64,000 bases of DNA from Candidatus Poribacteria bacterium (GCA_965222225.1 CBDCTK010000002.1:2976001-3040000); one strand, 5' to 3'. Shown: positions 50,744-60,560, counted from the stretch's first letter. Notes: generated by a model not told the origin, from the sequence alone. Made by a program: numbers and translations.

Positions 50744-51898
50744 GTGACCGATGTTATTGAAGATTTGAAGCAGGCGTTTACCATTGAGATGTCCGTGCCC
50801 TTTGTCGATGGATTCTCGATCGATTTGATTCAAGTAGCGATTTTCATCGTAATCTTCGGTGGGTTCTTAGTTCTGGGAGGATTGCTGCAGCGCCAATTAC
50901 GTCGACTTTTGATGTACTTACAGGTGAGGGAAGTTCGGCAGGAACGGGTGCTTTGGGTCGTATATATTTTCGTGGGTTTGGTAGGCTTCATCGCTGCCCT
51001 CAATGCGTTCGGTGCGCCACGAGATTTAATGAGAAGGTTGCTTAGTTATTCGATTCCTATTGGTCAAACCCGCTTGAGTGTAACCGATATTGCGCTGGCT
51101 ATCACCGTCGTAGGGGCTTCGGCTCTCTTTGCAAGGTATTTGAAGGTGGTGCTGCGTGACAAGGTGTTACCGGCATTCCAACTTCCGGTAAACGCAGAGT
51201 TTCTCTTTCTCCGGTTTACACAACTCATTGTGATCGCGTTCGGAGTTCTCGTCGCGGTTAATCTGATAGGATTCAACATGAGCAGCGTGCTAGTCGCGCT
51301 CGGCGGACTTTCAATCGGAATAGGCTTTGGCTTGCAGAACATTGCGTCGAATTTCGTTTCGGGAGTCATTCTGGTATTTGAACGCCCGATAAAGATTGGC
51401 GATAGGGTTACGGTTGAGGGCACCTACGGTGTCGTCAAAGCTATTAACATGCGATCGACCGTGGTAGCCACGCCTGAAGATATCGACATCATCATCCCCA
51501 ATTCCAAGTTTATCTCTGAAACTGTTACCAATATAACCCACGATAATACACGTACGCGAATAAAGGTTCCCGTTGGAGTATCGTACGAATCTGATGATGA
51601 CTTGGTAAAAATGTTATTGGTAGAGGTTGCCAATTCTCATCCGGAGACAATTAAGGAGATAAATCCTGATTTACCGGACGTTGTGCCGCCATTCGTACGT
51701 TTTATACGGTTTGGCGATTCATCGCTGGATTTTGAACTACTGGCGTGGATTCCCAATGTGATGCGCCGCCTTGAGATTATAAGTGACCTGCATTTTATGA
51801 TCCGCAAGAAGTTCAGGGAACACGGGATTGTGATTGCGTTTCCACAACGGGACGTTCATCTCTATCCCGCCACGGAAGTGCAGCCGAAGGAGAGCTGA
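50744..51898 (+). CDS. MscS family mechanosensitive channel
   Basis: GIGFGLQNIASNFVSG, ERPIKIGD, IPNS and AFPQRDVH motifs; GTG start after AGGAG. Confidence 0.92.
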   Translation: MTDVIEDLKQAFTIEMSVPFVDGFSIDLIQVAIFIVIFGGFLVLGGLLQRQLRRLLMYLQVREVRQERVLWVVYIFVGLVGFIAALNAFGAPRDLMRRLLSYSIPIGQTRLSVTDIALAITVVGASALFARYLKVVLRDKVLPAFQLPVNAEFLFLRFTQLIVIAFGVLVAVNLIGFNMSSVLVALGGLSIGIGFGLQNIASNFVSGVILVFERPIKIGDRVTVEGTYGVVKAINMRSTVVATPEDIDIIIPNSKFISETVTNITHDNTRTRIKVPVGVSYESDDDLVKMLLVEVANSHPETIKEINPDLPDVVPPFVRFIRFGDSSLDFELLAWIPNVMRRLEIISDLHFMIRKKFREHGIVIAFPQRDVHLYPATEVQPKES

Positions 51899-52237
51899 AA
51901 CCTGTGGGGTTGTATGGCATCGCGGAAGCATTTCCGGGCATTATTGAATTATGGCAAACGGAAAGCGAGTAATCAAAACGTCGTACACACGCCAAGGTAA
52001 AGACTGCGCCTGAACGATGCCAAAATGGCACGTTTGTGTAAAATTCGCCTGCCAAGTTTCAGCTTGTCATGTTTTCGAGTGAATTGAGAGGAGGGAAGAA
52101 GGATGTTGAATACCGCCAATGCTTCGGTCAGGACTAGCCATATTCCAAAGTTTAATGGCGTATTGACGGTACATGCCAGATCTCCTGAAGGACGTGTGGT
52201 ATTGGAAAATGGCGTGTAGTGGTTATCGTTACCGTTT

Positions 52238-52253
52238 TGGCATATGATTTGCT
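52238..52253 (+). promoter_or_regulatory. Sigma-54 promoter of hsp20
   Basis: TGGCATATGATTTGCT; palindrome tgccaaaatggca upstream at 52018-52030. Confidence 0.75.
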
Positions 52254-52319
52254 AATACAGGGACAGTTGTAAAATTACACCAAAAAATCTGCCACTTACA
52301 TCTTAAGGAGGAAAACAAA

Positions 52320-52772
52320 ATGATTAGCTTAACCACATGGAACCCTTTACAGGACATCTTTTCTACCCGCAGGCAACCGGATCGAATCTTCAATAACTTC
52401 TTTGGCAATCAGAGTTATGCGCGTTCGGCGACGGACACTACCTGGTCGCCGCCGGTTGATGTCGTGGATGCCGATGATCACGTTGAATTCCATGCCGAAA
52501 TGCCTGGATTGTCAGACGACGACGTAAAGGTGTCAGTCACTGAAAATGTATTGACCATAAAGGGCGAGAAGAAAACCGAGTCTGAAGACAAAAATGCCGG
52601 GTATCGCCTTTCCGAGCGAAGCTATGGTCGGTTCCAGCGCTCGTTTACGCTTCCCAGAAACCTCGTCACCGAGAAAATTGATGCCAAGTTCAAGAACGGC
52701 GTACTTTCAATCTCAGTGCCGAAGGTGAAGAAGGAAGCCGCGAAGGAGATTCCGATCAAAGCCGAGAAATAA
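52320..52772 (+). CDS. Hsp20/alpha-crystallin small heat shock protein
   Basis: PPVDV, ERSYGRFQRSFTLP, NGVLSI and IPI motifs. Confidence 0.95.
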   Translation: MISLTTWNPLQDIFSTRRQPDRIFNNFFGNQSYARSATDTTWSPPVDVVDADDHVEFHAEMPGLSDDDVKVSVTENVLTIKGEKKTESEDKNAGYRLSERSYGRFQRSFTLPRNLVTEKIDAKFKNGVLSISVPKVKKEAAKEIPIKAEK

Positions 52773-53101
52773 GCATGTGTCTCACAGCGTTAACCAAGCG
52801 CCTTATCGCTATAGTCAATTCAACTGAAAATTATACATATAGGATTTACGCAGTTTGGTTTAGAGTGGCGATCAAGGGAGCGAATAGCGAAGGTGATAGT
52901 CTTTGCGTTCGCTGGCAACCGTGCGAAGGAAGCGGCATAGCTATAGCGCGCCCTATCCGATCGCGTGATCGTTCCATATCGCGGAGTAGAGCGAAAGCAT
53001 GCTTGAATTTGGATGGAATGGACGGAAAATCGAGGTGTTTTTCTATTGTCCCTTATCATCGCTAGTCTACGCGCGCCCCTGCATTTCAAGTAATTGAGCG
53101 T

Positions 53102-54001
53102 CTATCGTGTTTTTATATTGCCCCACAGTGTAGTTATCATACCGTGAGAGCCGACAGCGAGTGAGCCACCGGGTACGAGGTGGTAGCCGTTTTCGGAGGA
53201 ATCGCGGTATATCGTCGCGCCGGGGCCCTCGGCGAAGCGCCAGAGCGCTATGGTGCTGTCGTCACGTCGAAAGTGGCGGGGCGGGCGGCTTTGTTCCCTA
53301 TTTCGTCCGTACCGCAATCCGCGGGATACGTGTACTTCGTCGATGTAACCCTCCATGTTCTCAAAGAGATGCCCCCACTCACCCGAGGGCATCTGGATAT
53401 ACATAAACCCTCCGACCAAGAATGGCGTGTCTACACGCGCGATTGCGTCGGCAGTGCCGGAGGTTGCAAACAATCGCTTGTCGAAAAACCAATTGTTTCT
53501 AAATTCGGTTGCCGGATGTATCCAACTGCGGCGTGGAAAAACGTCGCGTTCGATTCGGCGGCGGGCGATACCCCATGCGCGCCGGCGCGGGTCATCATGC
53601 TGTAACTCTCTCCGGAACTCCACCCAGACCGTGCCGTTCGGCCAGTCCATATCCCCATCATTTGTGCGCACCCGCCCTTTGAGAGTGAAAAAATAGCTGC
53701 CCGGTTTGCCGAGTACGAACCAGTAGGCCCCCTCCTCGCCATCGTGATCGCCGGGATGATTATCGAAGTAGACCCATGCCTCGATAGTTAGACCGTCCGG
53801 TTCGAAATCGTCGAACACACCCGGGTAATCGGCGTAGAGATAGCCGCTTGGCTTTGCCTCGAAAACATCGGGCGGGATATGGTAGGGCACAGCATGCGCG
53901 TAACTGGCGAACCACATTATACTTATTAAATAAACTTTTAGACCCCGTTTGAATAATAGGCGCGAATGGCACTTTTTGGCATTTGAGAAGGAATTTGTCA
54001 T
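53102..54001 (-). CDS. Secreted LamG-like protein with a C-terminal ITTLWGNIK motif
   Basis: LTIEAWV, GYIDEVHVS and TIALWRFAEG motifs. Confidence 0.75.
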   Translation of the reverse strand: MTNSFSNAKKCHSRLLFKRGLKVYLISIMWFASYAHAVPYHIPPDVFEAKPSGYLYADYPGVFDDFEPDGLTIEAWVYFDNHPGDHDGEEGAYWFVLGKPGSYFFTLKGRVRTNDGDMDWPNGTVWVEFRRELQHDDPRRRAWGIARRRIERDVFPRRSWIHPATEFRNNWFFDKRLFATSGTADAIARVDTPFLVGGFMYIQMPSGEWGHLFENMEGYIDEVHVSRGLRYGRNREQSRPPRHFRRDDSTIALWRFAEGPGATIYRDSSENGYHLVPGGSLAVGSHGMITTLWGNIKTR

Positions 54002-54091
54002 GTTTTTGCCTTTTGAACGGTTTCGGGGCAAATGGTTCTATTTCTTTAGGCTAATGTAACACAAAATTTTAGATTGATAACTTGAGAGTAT

Positions 54092-54380
54092 TCACACAAA
54101 GATAGATAAGGCAACCTGCTGATACCGACGGAAGACCTCTGGGTCGCTCAAAGCAGTCCATAACTTCATGGCATTGTCCACCATCTCAAGTTTCTTGGAT
54201 ACTATTTTGGTACGGCGTGTGAATCGTCCAAGATGATGGCGTGTATTGCTGTTATCACGTTCGACTGTCGCTGTCCCTGATTTCCCGATGTGATGACGCT
54301 CCGCAGGAAGTACTTTGGCAAACGCTTCCCAATTGTCAGTGTAATACTGGCAATCGCTTAGGCGTTTTTTGCGGGAACAG
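54092..54380 (-). mobile_element. IS1-family transposase (InsB) 3' fragment
   Basis: YYTDNWEAF, HHIGKSGT and VERDNSNTRHHLGRFTRRTK motifs. Confidence 0.85.
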
Positions 54381-54571
54381 AGACAAGGCAGCAAGTGTGG
54401 ACGCGGGGCGCGTGCATTGGACCGCCTTGAGCGTTCGCTTAGTCGTTTGGGTGGTCATGGTAGTCAAAGGAAATAGCCGGAGATCGGCGGTGCAGTTTCC
54501 ACGGTGATCGGAAAAGTTGTGAAGCTGTGCCGGCAGCGCGGGTATGTGTAGAGTTATCGGACATTATTTGG

Positions 54572-55117
54572 TTAAAACTTGTGCGACACCCACCTCAGGA
54601 CTTTCCCGCCGGAATGCCAATCCACCGCTACATGTACCAGACCGTCGGTGCGCGGTGCCTCCACCTCAAGAAACAACGTGGTAGCGTCGTCCATGTACCA
54701 TTTATGTATAAGCCACTGCGCATTTGGCTGGTTCGTCACACGAATGTTGCAGGGCGGCTCGTCAAACATTATCACAATTACCGTATGACCTAGCGGAATA
54801 CGGCCGGTGGGCGGATATACCCCCTGCATATTAGCGATCGGCATACCCAAGCAGCGTTCGGCGTCCGTAACTTCTTTAGCCGGCTCGGATTCGCTGCAAC
54901 CCAAGCTGGCTAAAGTAGCGAGAACGATGAGCCCAGCCTTAAGAACCTGTTTGAAAAATAGGTGCCAATGGCACTTTTGGGCATTTGAGAAGGACTTTTT
55001 CATGTTTCTGCCTTGACTGGTTGTACACCTTCTGCCCCTCTGGGGCTTGAAAAAAGCTGGTACAGGGATTGCGAAGAGAAACCGACTTTTCAAACAAGCT
55101 CTTACACTTTCAGGCAC
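54572..55117 (-). CDS. Hypothetical lipoprotein whose 5' end contains an in-frame MITE (alternative start at 55003)
   Basis: KAGLIVLATLASLGC lipobox; the frame is open across 54943-55101. Confidence 0.6.
   Translation of the reverse strand: MPESVRACLKSRFLFAIPVPAFFKPQRGRRCTTSQGRNMKKSFSNAQKCHWHLFFKQVLKAGLIVLATLASLGCSESEPAKEVTDAERCLGMPIANMQGVYPPTGRIPLGHTVIVIMFDEPPCNIRVTNQPNAQWLIHKWYMDDATTLFLEVEAPRTDGLVHVAVDWHSGGKVLRWVSHKF
54943..55101. mobile_element. 159 bp IS5-derived MITE
   Basis: Ends gaacctgtttgaaaa and gacttttcaaacaagctc match the IS5 TIRs at 61789 and 62737; flanked by TAA and TTA. Confidence 0.8.
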
Positions 55118-55187
55118 GGATACTGTAACTATGGCGTTCTCTCATCAGAACCTATTGCCATCAGGATAATTGCGTTAGAGGAACTAC

Positions 55188-55203
55188 AGCAAGTTATGTG
55201 CCA
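55188..55203 (-). promoter_or_regulatory. Sigma-54 promoter
   Basis: TGGCACATAACTTGCT. Confidence 0.8.
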
Positions 55204-55722
55204 CTATCTATTACGCGCCAAAATTTCAGCTCATCATATGTGGTTGTCCCAATCCCTAGGTTGCCCTGACTCGGCACCATCCCACAACTTGCATCAAACT
55301 GGCCCCCGATATGTCATGGTGTTTCGCGGTTTCGTATCCAACAAGTGAACGCCAATGTTCATTTTTTGTGCAAGAGGGGCAGTGGCAGTTCTCGCAAACT
55401 GTGCCTGTGTCCTACAATTCTGGTAGAGCACCAGTGCTGTCCCACCCTCCTGTTGGTAATACCATTTCTTAAAATGATAGGGCATCAATGATGTGATTTT
55501 CGGAGAAAAGCTATCGCCCCGGGATTTCTATCGCACTCGTTATCCACTCGTTTGATCGCTATTCGCTCAGTTGATTCCACGCTGGGGCTTTGGTGTAGGG
55601 TGGCTTGGTGTTGCTATACACCTGTCCCGCCGTTCTGGTACTCTCAAAGGCTGGTGCGCAGTGCGCACCCTACAAGAAATGGTGGGCGATGCCCGCCCTA
55701 CAAATGTACAAAGTCGAGCTTA

Positions 55723-55783
55723 GAGCTTGTTTGAAAAAAGGTGACAAAGCTATTCTTGGTACAATGACTTTTCAAACAGGTTC
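55723..55783. mobile_element. 61 bp IS5-derived MITE with a TTA target duplication
   Basis: tta-gagcttgtttgaaaa...ttttcaaacaggttc-tta. Confidence 0.8.
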
Positions 55784-55788
55784 TTAAT

Positions 55789-58062
55789 CTAGTCGACCGA
55801 GATTCGTTCGCTTGAATGCACGAAAAGCACCTCATTGGCTCCGACGTAAGATTGCAGCGCTTGAACTGCCAAATCGGATTCAAGATCGTCCATAGTCAAA
55901 CCGGCGAGAACCAAGTCTGCTTGTGAAGAGCGCTGCGATACCTCTTCTTCTAACGCCTCCCGGCTGTTGCAGGACACGAAGGTCACGTTCTGTCTGGAGA
56001 TGGGAAGCCGCCCTTCCTTCATGAATTTCGCCAGTCGGTCCTCTTCGCTGCCCGTGGGCCCCGGGTCAAAACAGCCAAAGAGCTGGATGTCCGCGCGTTT
56101 CCACTCCGGATGTCCAACGATGATGTAGGCGAACAGCAACATCATCGGTGCGTTCGACAAGTTGTCTTCGGTCACCCAGACATGAATCGTCGACCGGTAG
56201 CCGAAGCGGTAATTGGTCGACCGCAAGACGAGTACGTTGAACATCAGGCTTGCGGCAAGACGCGCACCTTGGCTAATCTCGTTTATCTCGTCAGGTTTCT
56301 CTTCGTCGAACTCGAGCAAAACGCAATTGTTCGGCAAGCCGGAAATCCCGGGCGTCTGCAGGCATTGCGCCATAGCTTGTGTGTACGACGGACTTATGAG
56401 AGAGTCTACAAATATCCCCGCTCGACTCAACTCGCTGCGTTGCACCAAGCTGTCCACGCGGATGCGCGCCTCAATCTCGTCAAGGTAGGAATAATCACCT
56501 TGGAAAAACTGGATAAAATGACCGAATCCATGCCGATGGCAGATCCAACGAAGCAGATCGAAATGCCCGAGCCGACGCTCGCCGAAGCGCGTTAGCGCCA
56601 CAATAGAGGGACGCCAGCCGCTTTCGGACAGATTGGCTCGGCTTTTTTGCAGGATAATCTGTAGGCGACGTGTTAGCTGAAACATAGATCCTTGGAAAAT
56701 CGCGCTCAAACCCCGTTGCTCGCGTCGAGTGCGCCGCAGTCCGAAGTAGGTTGCCACCATTAGAAAAATGGAGATGAAGGAGTACAGCATACTCATCTGA
56801 ATCATCATGATTGCGCACATCACGGCGCCCGCCAGCGACACGTACCAACGCGAATGAAACGTCGGGCGATAGGATGGATTCCCCGCAAAATACTCAAGGA
56901 AGGAGACCACACAAAGAGCGCCGTAGGTTACCATGAAGAACATGCTGAGAATCTGCGCAATAAAGTCGATACTGCCAACCGCCACGAATACAATCGCAAT
57001 TATGCCCGACACACAGGTCGCGTAAACCGGCTCCTGCGTCTTGCCCCACCCTTTCTCCAGCAGACGATTTACCTTAGGAATAGGCAGCACATTGTCGCGG
57101 GCGAGCGCTTGCAGCGTTCTGGGCGCCACCAAAAGGGAACCGAGCGCCGAGGATAGAGCGGCAGCGCCCAATCCGATGTATATTGCAGGCCCCCACAGCG
57201 CGATGTCCGCCATGATGAACTGGTCCGCGGCTAGCGCCTCCGGACTGGCGCTCTGCGCCAGTTTAATAACCACCAGCACATATATCACCATGCCTGCAAG
57301 CGTCGCCCCGATGGTGCCAAGTGGTATACTGCGCCTGGGGTTCTTCAAATCGCCGGATAACCCAAGTCCGGCTATCATGCCCGTGAACGCCGGAAAACAG
57401 GTGGCGAAAACCATTCCGAAGCTGTCACCATCATCAATACGCGCAGTGATGTTTAACCCGTCCGGCTGTATCGATTCATTGCCTCCACCGAGCAAGAAAA
57501 GAGTTATTGACACTGCCAGGATGGCGGCAACGCCCCACAGCGCCCGCACGCCCAAGTCGGCTCCCTTTGTCAACATCAGCGCAATGAGCAGCGCTGTGCA
57601 AGGAACACTCAACCAGCGGGGATCAGGATTCAACATGTAAGTAGAGGGAACCCACTCATACACCGGCTTGAAGGCTTCCGCGAACGCGACCATATAAAAG
57701 GCGATCGAGATTGCCTGAGATAGATAAAGTGCGATCCCAATCGATCCCCCGATACTCGTGCCGAAGGACCTGCTGACTATGTAATACGCGCCGCCGCCCG
57801 CCACGCGGCGGTTGGTTGCAATCTCGGAAACCGCCAGCACCGTCGGAATCGTCACAAGATGTCCAAGTAGGATTATCATGAGGCTGCCCCAAAGCCCAAC
57901 ATGTGCGACGGCGTAACCGAATCGCAAGAACAGAATTGCGCCCAGTATGGTGCTGACGGATGCGAGAAAGACCGGCGCCGTCCCAAAACCGTGACCTGAT
58001 TGGGAATGTGCGGAAACACCAGGTGGTTCTGTCCCGGATTGGTTTCCTGCTTTTGAGAACAT
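55789..58062 (-). CDS. Amino acid permease / cation-chloride cotransporter (SLC12-like)
   Basis: ILGAILFLR, GGGAYYIVSRSFG, FPAFTGMIAG, SGDLKNPRRSIPLGT, YRPTF and WRP motifs; soluble C-terminal domain. Confidence 0.88.
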   Translation of the reverse strand: MFSKAGNQSGTEPPGVSAHSQSGHGFGTAPVFLASVSTILGAILFLRFGYAVAHVGLWGSLMIILLGHLVTIPTVLAVSEIATNRRVAGGGAYYIVSRSFGTSIGGSIGIALYLSQAISIAFYMVAFAEAFKPVYEWVPSTYMLNPDPRWLSVPCTALLIALMLTKGADLGVRALWGVAAILAVSITLFLLGGGNESIQPDGLNITARIDDGDSFGMVFATCFPAFTGMIAGLGLSGDLKNPRRSIPLGTIGATLAGMVIYVLVVIKLAQSASPEALAADQFIMADIALWGPAIYIGLGAAALSSALGSLLVAPRTLQALARDNVLPIPKVNRLLEKGWGKTQEPVYATCVSGIIAIVFVAVGSIDFIAQILSMFFMVTYGALCVVSFLEYFAGNPSYRPTFHSRWYVSLAGAVMCAIMMIQMSMLYSFISIFLMVATYFGLRRTRREQRGLSAIFQGSMFQLTRRLQIILQKSRANLSESGWRPSIVALTRFGERRLGHFDLLRWICHRHGFGHFIQFFQGDYSYLDEIEARIRVDSLVQRSELSRAGIFVDSLISPSYTQAMAQCLQTPGISGLPNNCVLLEFDEEKPDEINEISQGARLAASLMFNVLVLRSTNYRFGYRSTIHVWVTEDNLSNAPMMLLFAYIIVGHPEWKRADIQLFGCFDPGPTGSEEDRLAKFMKEGRLPISRQNVTFVSCNSREALEEEVSQRSSQADLVLAGLTMDDLESDLAVQALQSYVGANEVLFVHSSERISVD

Positions 58063-58200
58063 GCTAGATTCTCCCTTGGATTTCAAGTATTTGAAGGTGT
58101 GGGATACTACAAAAGATATAGCTCGATGGGATTTGTGCAGCCTCCCCGCAACATAGAGCCGGTGGTCAGTCGAGGCGCCACCGGCAGTTTGATTCGCTGC

Positions 58201-59118
58201 TTAGTTAGATTGAATCTCGTCGGACATCGGTGGTAAGGAAGCGGTATTGGAAAGTCTATATTCTATAGCGGCGTGAGGGTAAGCAAAGCCAATTCGAGGG
58301 TTATTGGAAAATTCCTCCATTACCTTGGCAACGATACGAGTCGAAATCCTCTGTCGATCTACGGCAATCGATCGGTAGCGCAGACGCATCATGATTCCCG
58401 AGTCGAAGAATTCGGCGCGCACCTCCGGCTCTAGACCGGTATCTTGGATAATCTCCGACGTCACCTCTCTGGCGCAGGAAATCAGTGTCTGCTCGGCGAG
58501 TTTATAATCCGAATCGTAGGAGAGGCGCACCGGCACCTCGTCCAAGATGTATTTTGCCTCTTCGGACACGGCGTAATTGATTACCAACTGGTCGAAGAGT
58601 ATCGCATTAGGGATAAGTATGCCCCGATTGGACGATTCTTCGCCACCTATTGTGCCTCCGACTTCGCCCAGAAGAATGTGGGTGGGAGAGATTTCCAGAA
58701 CATCGCCCCTTACGCCTTGAATGATAATGCGGTCACCAATCATGAAAGGGCGCTTTATCATTACCATCAACCAAGCCGCCACGCCAGTGACCGGACGCTG
58801 CAGCGACCAACCCAGAATCATGCTGATAAAAGCAACGGTTAAGCCCATGGTGGCAAGAGAACCCGATAGACTCACAATGACGAAAACAATGCCTACCAGC
58901 ATGAACGAATATCGCCACATCGACAAGAATTGCCGTACCTGCGCTTCGGCGCGATTCTGCCTTTGCATCGCGGAGACAATCAGGCCCTTAGACACCTTAA
59001 AGACGATCAGCAATCCCACCAAAATCAGTATTGCATAGATGAAACCAATTAGCGCCTCTCCCAGTACCGAGGCCAATGATTCGTTAAATTCCGTCCACAA
59101 ATTGTTCAATAACTTCAT
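58201..59118 (-). CDS. MscS family mechanosensitive channel
   Basis: LGWSLQ, RPFMIGDRI, IPNA and FAYPH motifs. Confidence 0.88.
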   Translation of the reverse strand: MKLLNNLWTEFNESLASVLGEALIGFIYAILILVGLLIVFKVSKGLIVSAMQRQNRAEAQVRQFLSMWRYSFMLVGIVFVIVSLSGSLATMGLTVAFISMILGWSLQRPVTGVAAWLMVMIKRPFMIGDRIIIQGVRGDVLEISPTHILLGEVGGTIGGEESSNRGILIPNAILFDQLVINYAVSEEAKYILDEVPVRLSYDSDYKLAEQTLISCAREVTSEIIQDTGLEPEVRAEFFDSGIMMRLRYRSIAVDRQRISTRIVAKVMEEFSNNPRIGFAYPHAAIEYRLSNTASLPPMSDEIQSN

Positions 59119-59241
59119 TTTTTCCTCCCGAGTATCCTTCTGTTATAGTCATTTACATTCATATTTCCACATATTGTCGATTGTATGTTAACCCAAGTTG
59201 CCAGTAGTAGGCATACTCCGCATGCCGTGCCTCTTGAGTAA

Positions 59242-59269
59242 GTAGGGAACGCAGATCTGCGTTCCCTAC
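59242..59269. repeat. REP family C palindrome (gtagggaacgcagatctgcgttccctac)
   Basis: Further copies near 19523 and 33165. Confidence 0.8.
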
Positions 59270-59434
59270 AATCTGAAGTACGTAAGTCCTAAGTCATTTA
59301 CATTCATGTTCCAACATTATGTGTAATTCTTAGGTCGACTTTGTACATTTGAGCGAGACGACAAAAACCAAGCTCGTTGATTAAACCGAAATAATCTCTG
59401 CTAGAACCACGACACGCGATTGTGCCTGTTTCGT

Positions 59435-59997
59435 CTAGATGTCTTCTCTTCTCACATCGTTAATCACACGCAGAAAAACAGGCGCAAAGAATTCCCTTTG
59501 TTTCTGAATTAGCTGAGCGACATCCACGCTCTTGAAGGCAGCGGATTTCCCTTTCACATGGATTGTTCCCAACTCAAATCCGTTATTACTTATACTATCT
59601 TGCTTGATAAAGTGAATTGCCCCCGATTTTCCGCCGACGTGATGTGACGGACGTCCAATTGCCTGGTTACGGCATTTCCGAATCTTTGCCGGCCATGGGT
59701 CATCGGGAAATCTTATTTCGACCGTTCTGGCGAAGAGTGTGACCGCATCCTGTTGCATCACCAAGGCTTGCAGCGTGCCGTAAATGTGCATGTATTTGCT
59801 TCCGACATCCAAATCATTTATGTCTGCCGTCAAATAGGTTTCCACGCAACGATCCGTATCCCTAATCACATCTAAACAGTAGTACAAAATCTGGTTTTTA
59901 TGGGATTTCTGAAGATGTGCCTGAAAATAGCGGGGGACTTGCCGATTCTACCGAGTATATATCGTACTTGATTGGTAAGAGGTTCTAGCTTTCCCAT
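59435..59997 (-). pseudogene. Hypothetical protein frameshifted in a homopolymer (G5 at 59932-59936 on the + strand)
   Basis: AGGAG SD and ATG at 59997; one extra C would join MGKLEPL...GKS to PRYFQ...YYCLDVIRDTD. Confidence 0.55.
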
Positions 59998-60516
59998 CCC
60001 AATCTCCTATACGCAATTGCGACGTAGGACGTAGCTAGTGACTTTACTGTGTTTCTCATGTATTTATTATCGCCCGCACTATATTTTCGAAGAGTTCATT
60101 TCCAATCTACAAGGGCGAGCCAAGTCTACAAGACATCAATGAAGCGCACGATGCCTAAAACCACTTCTCTTTGGTTCCGTGGAGGATACACTATAACACT
60201 TCTACACCAGATTTTCAACGATTAGCCTTTCTGTAGTTCGGTTTGTCACCAAACTATTCGATTATCAAATCAACGGCGATTCAAGGGAGATTAAGCGAGT
60301 GGATATGAGTAGGATTTTCTATCGCCTTCGCTACCAAGATTTCTATGGCGTGGGATTCACTATCGCACTGGGATTTCTATCGCCCTCGTTATTCGCTCGG
60401 TTGATCCCTCACTAGATTTCAGAATCCCTTTCCTGCCCCAGTTGTCGCTCGTCACTCGTCGTTCATCACCTCCACGAGGACGCTTCCAACGCGGCAGTCC
60501 AATTCGGAAAAATCAT

Positions 60517-60546
60517 TTGACAATCCACAAATGGAGCATGTATAAT
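60517..60546 (+). promoter_or_regulatory. Sigma-70 promoter of the tRNA cluster
   Basis: TTGACA-18 bp-TATAAT, 14 bp before tRNA-Thr. Confidence 0.85.
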
Positions 60547-60560
60547 TCACCGCTGCATGT

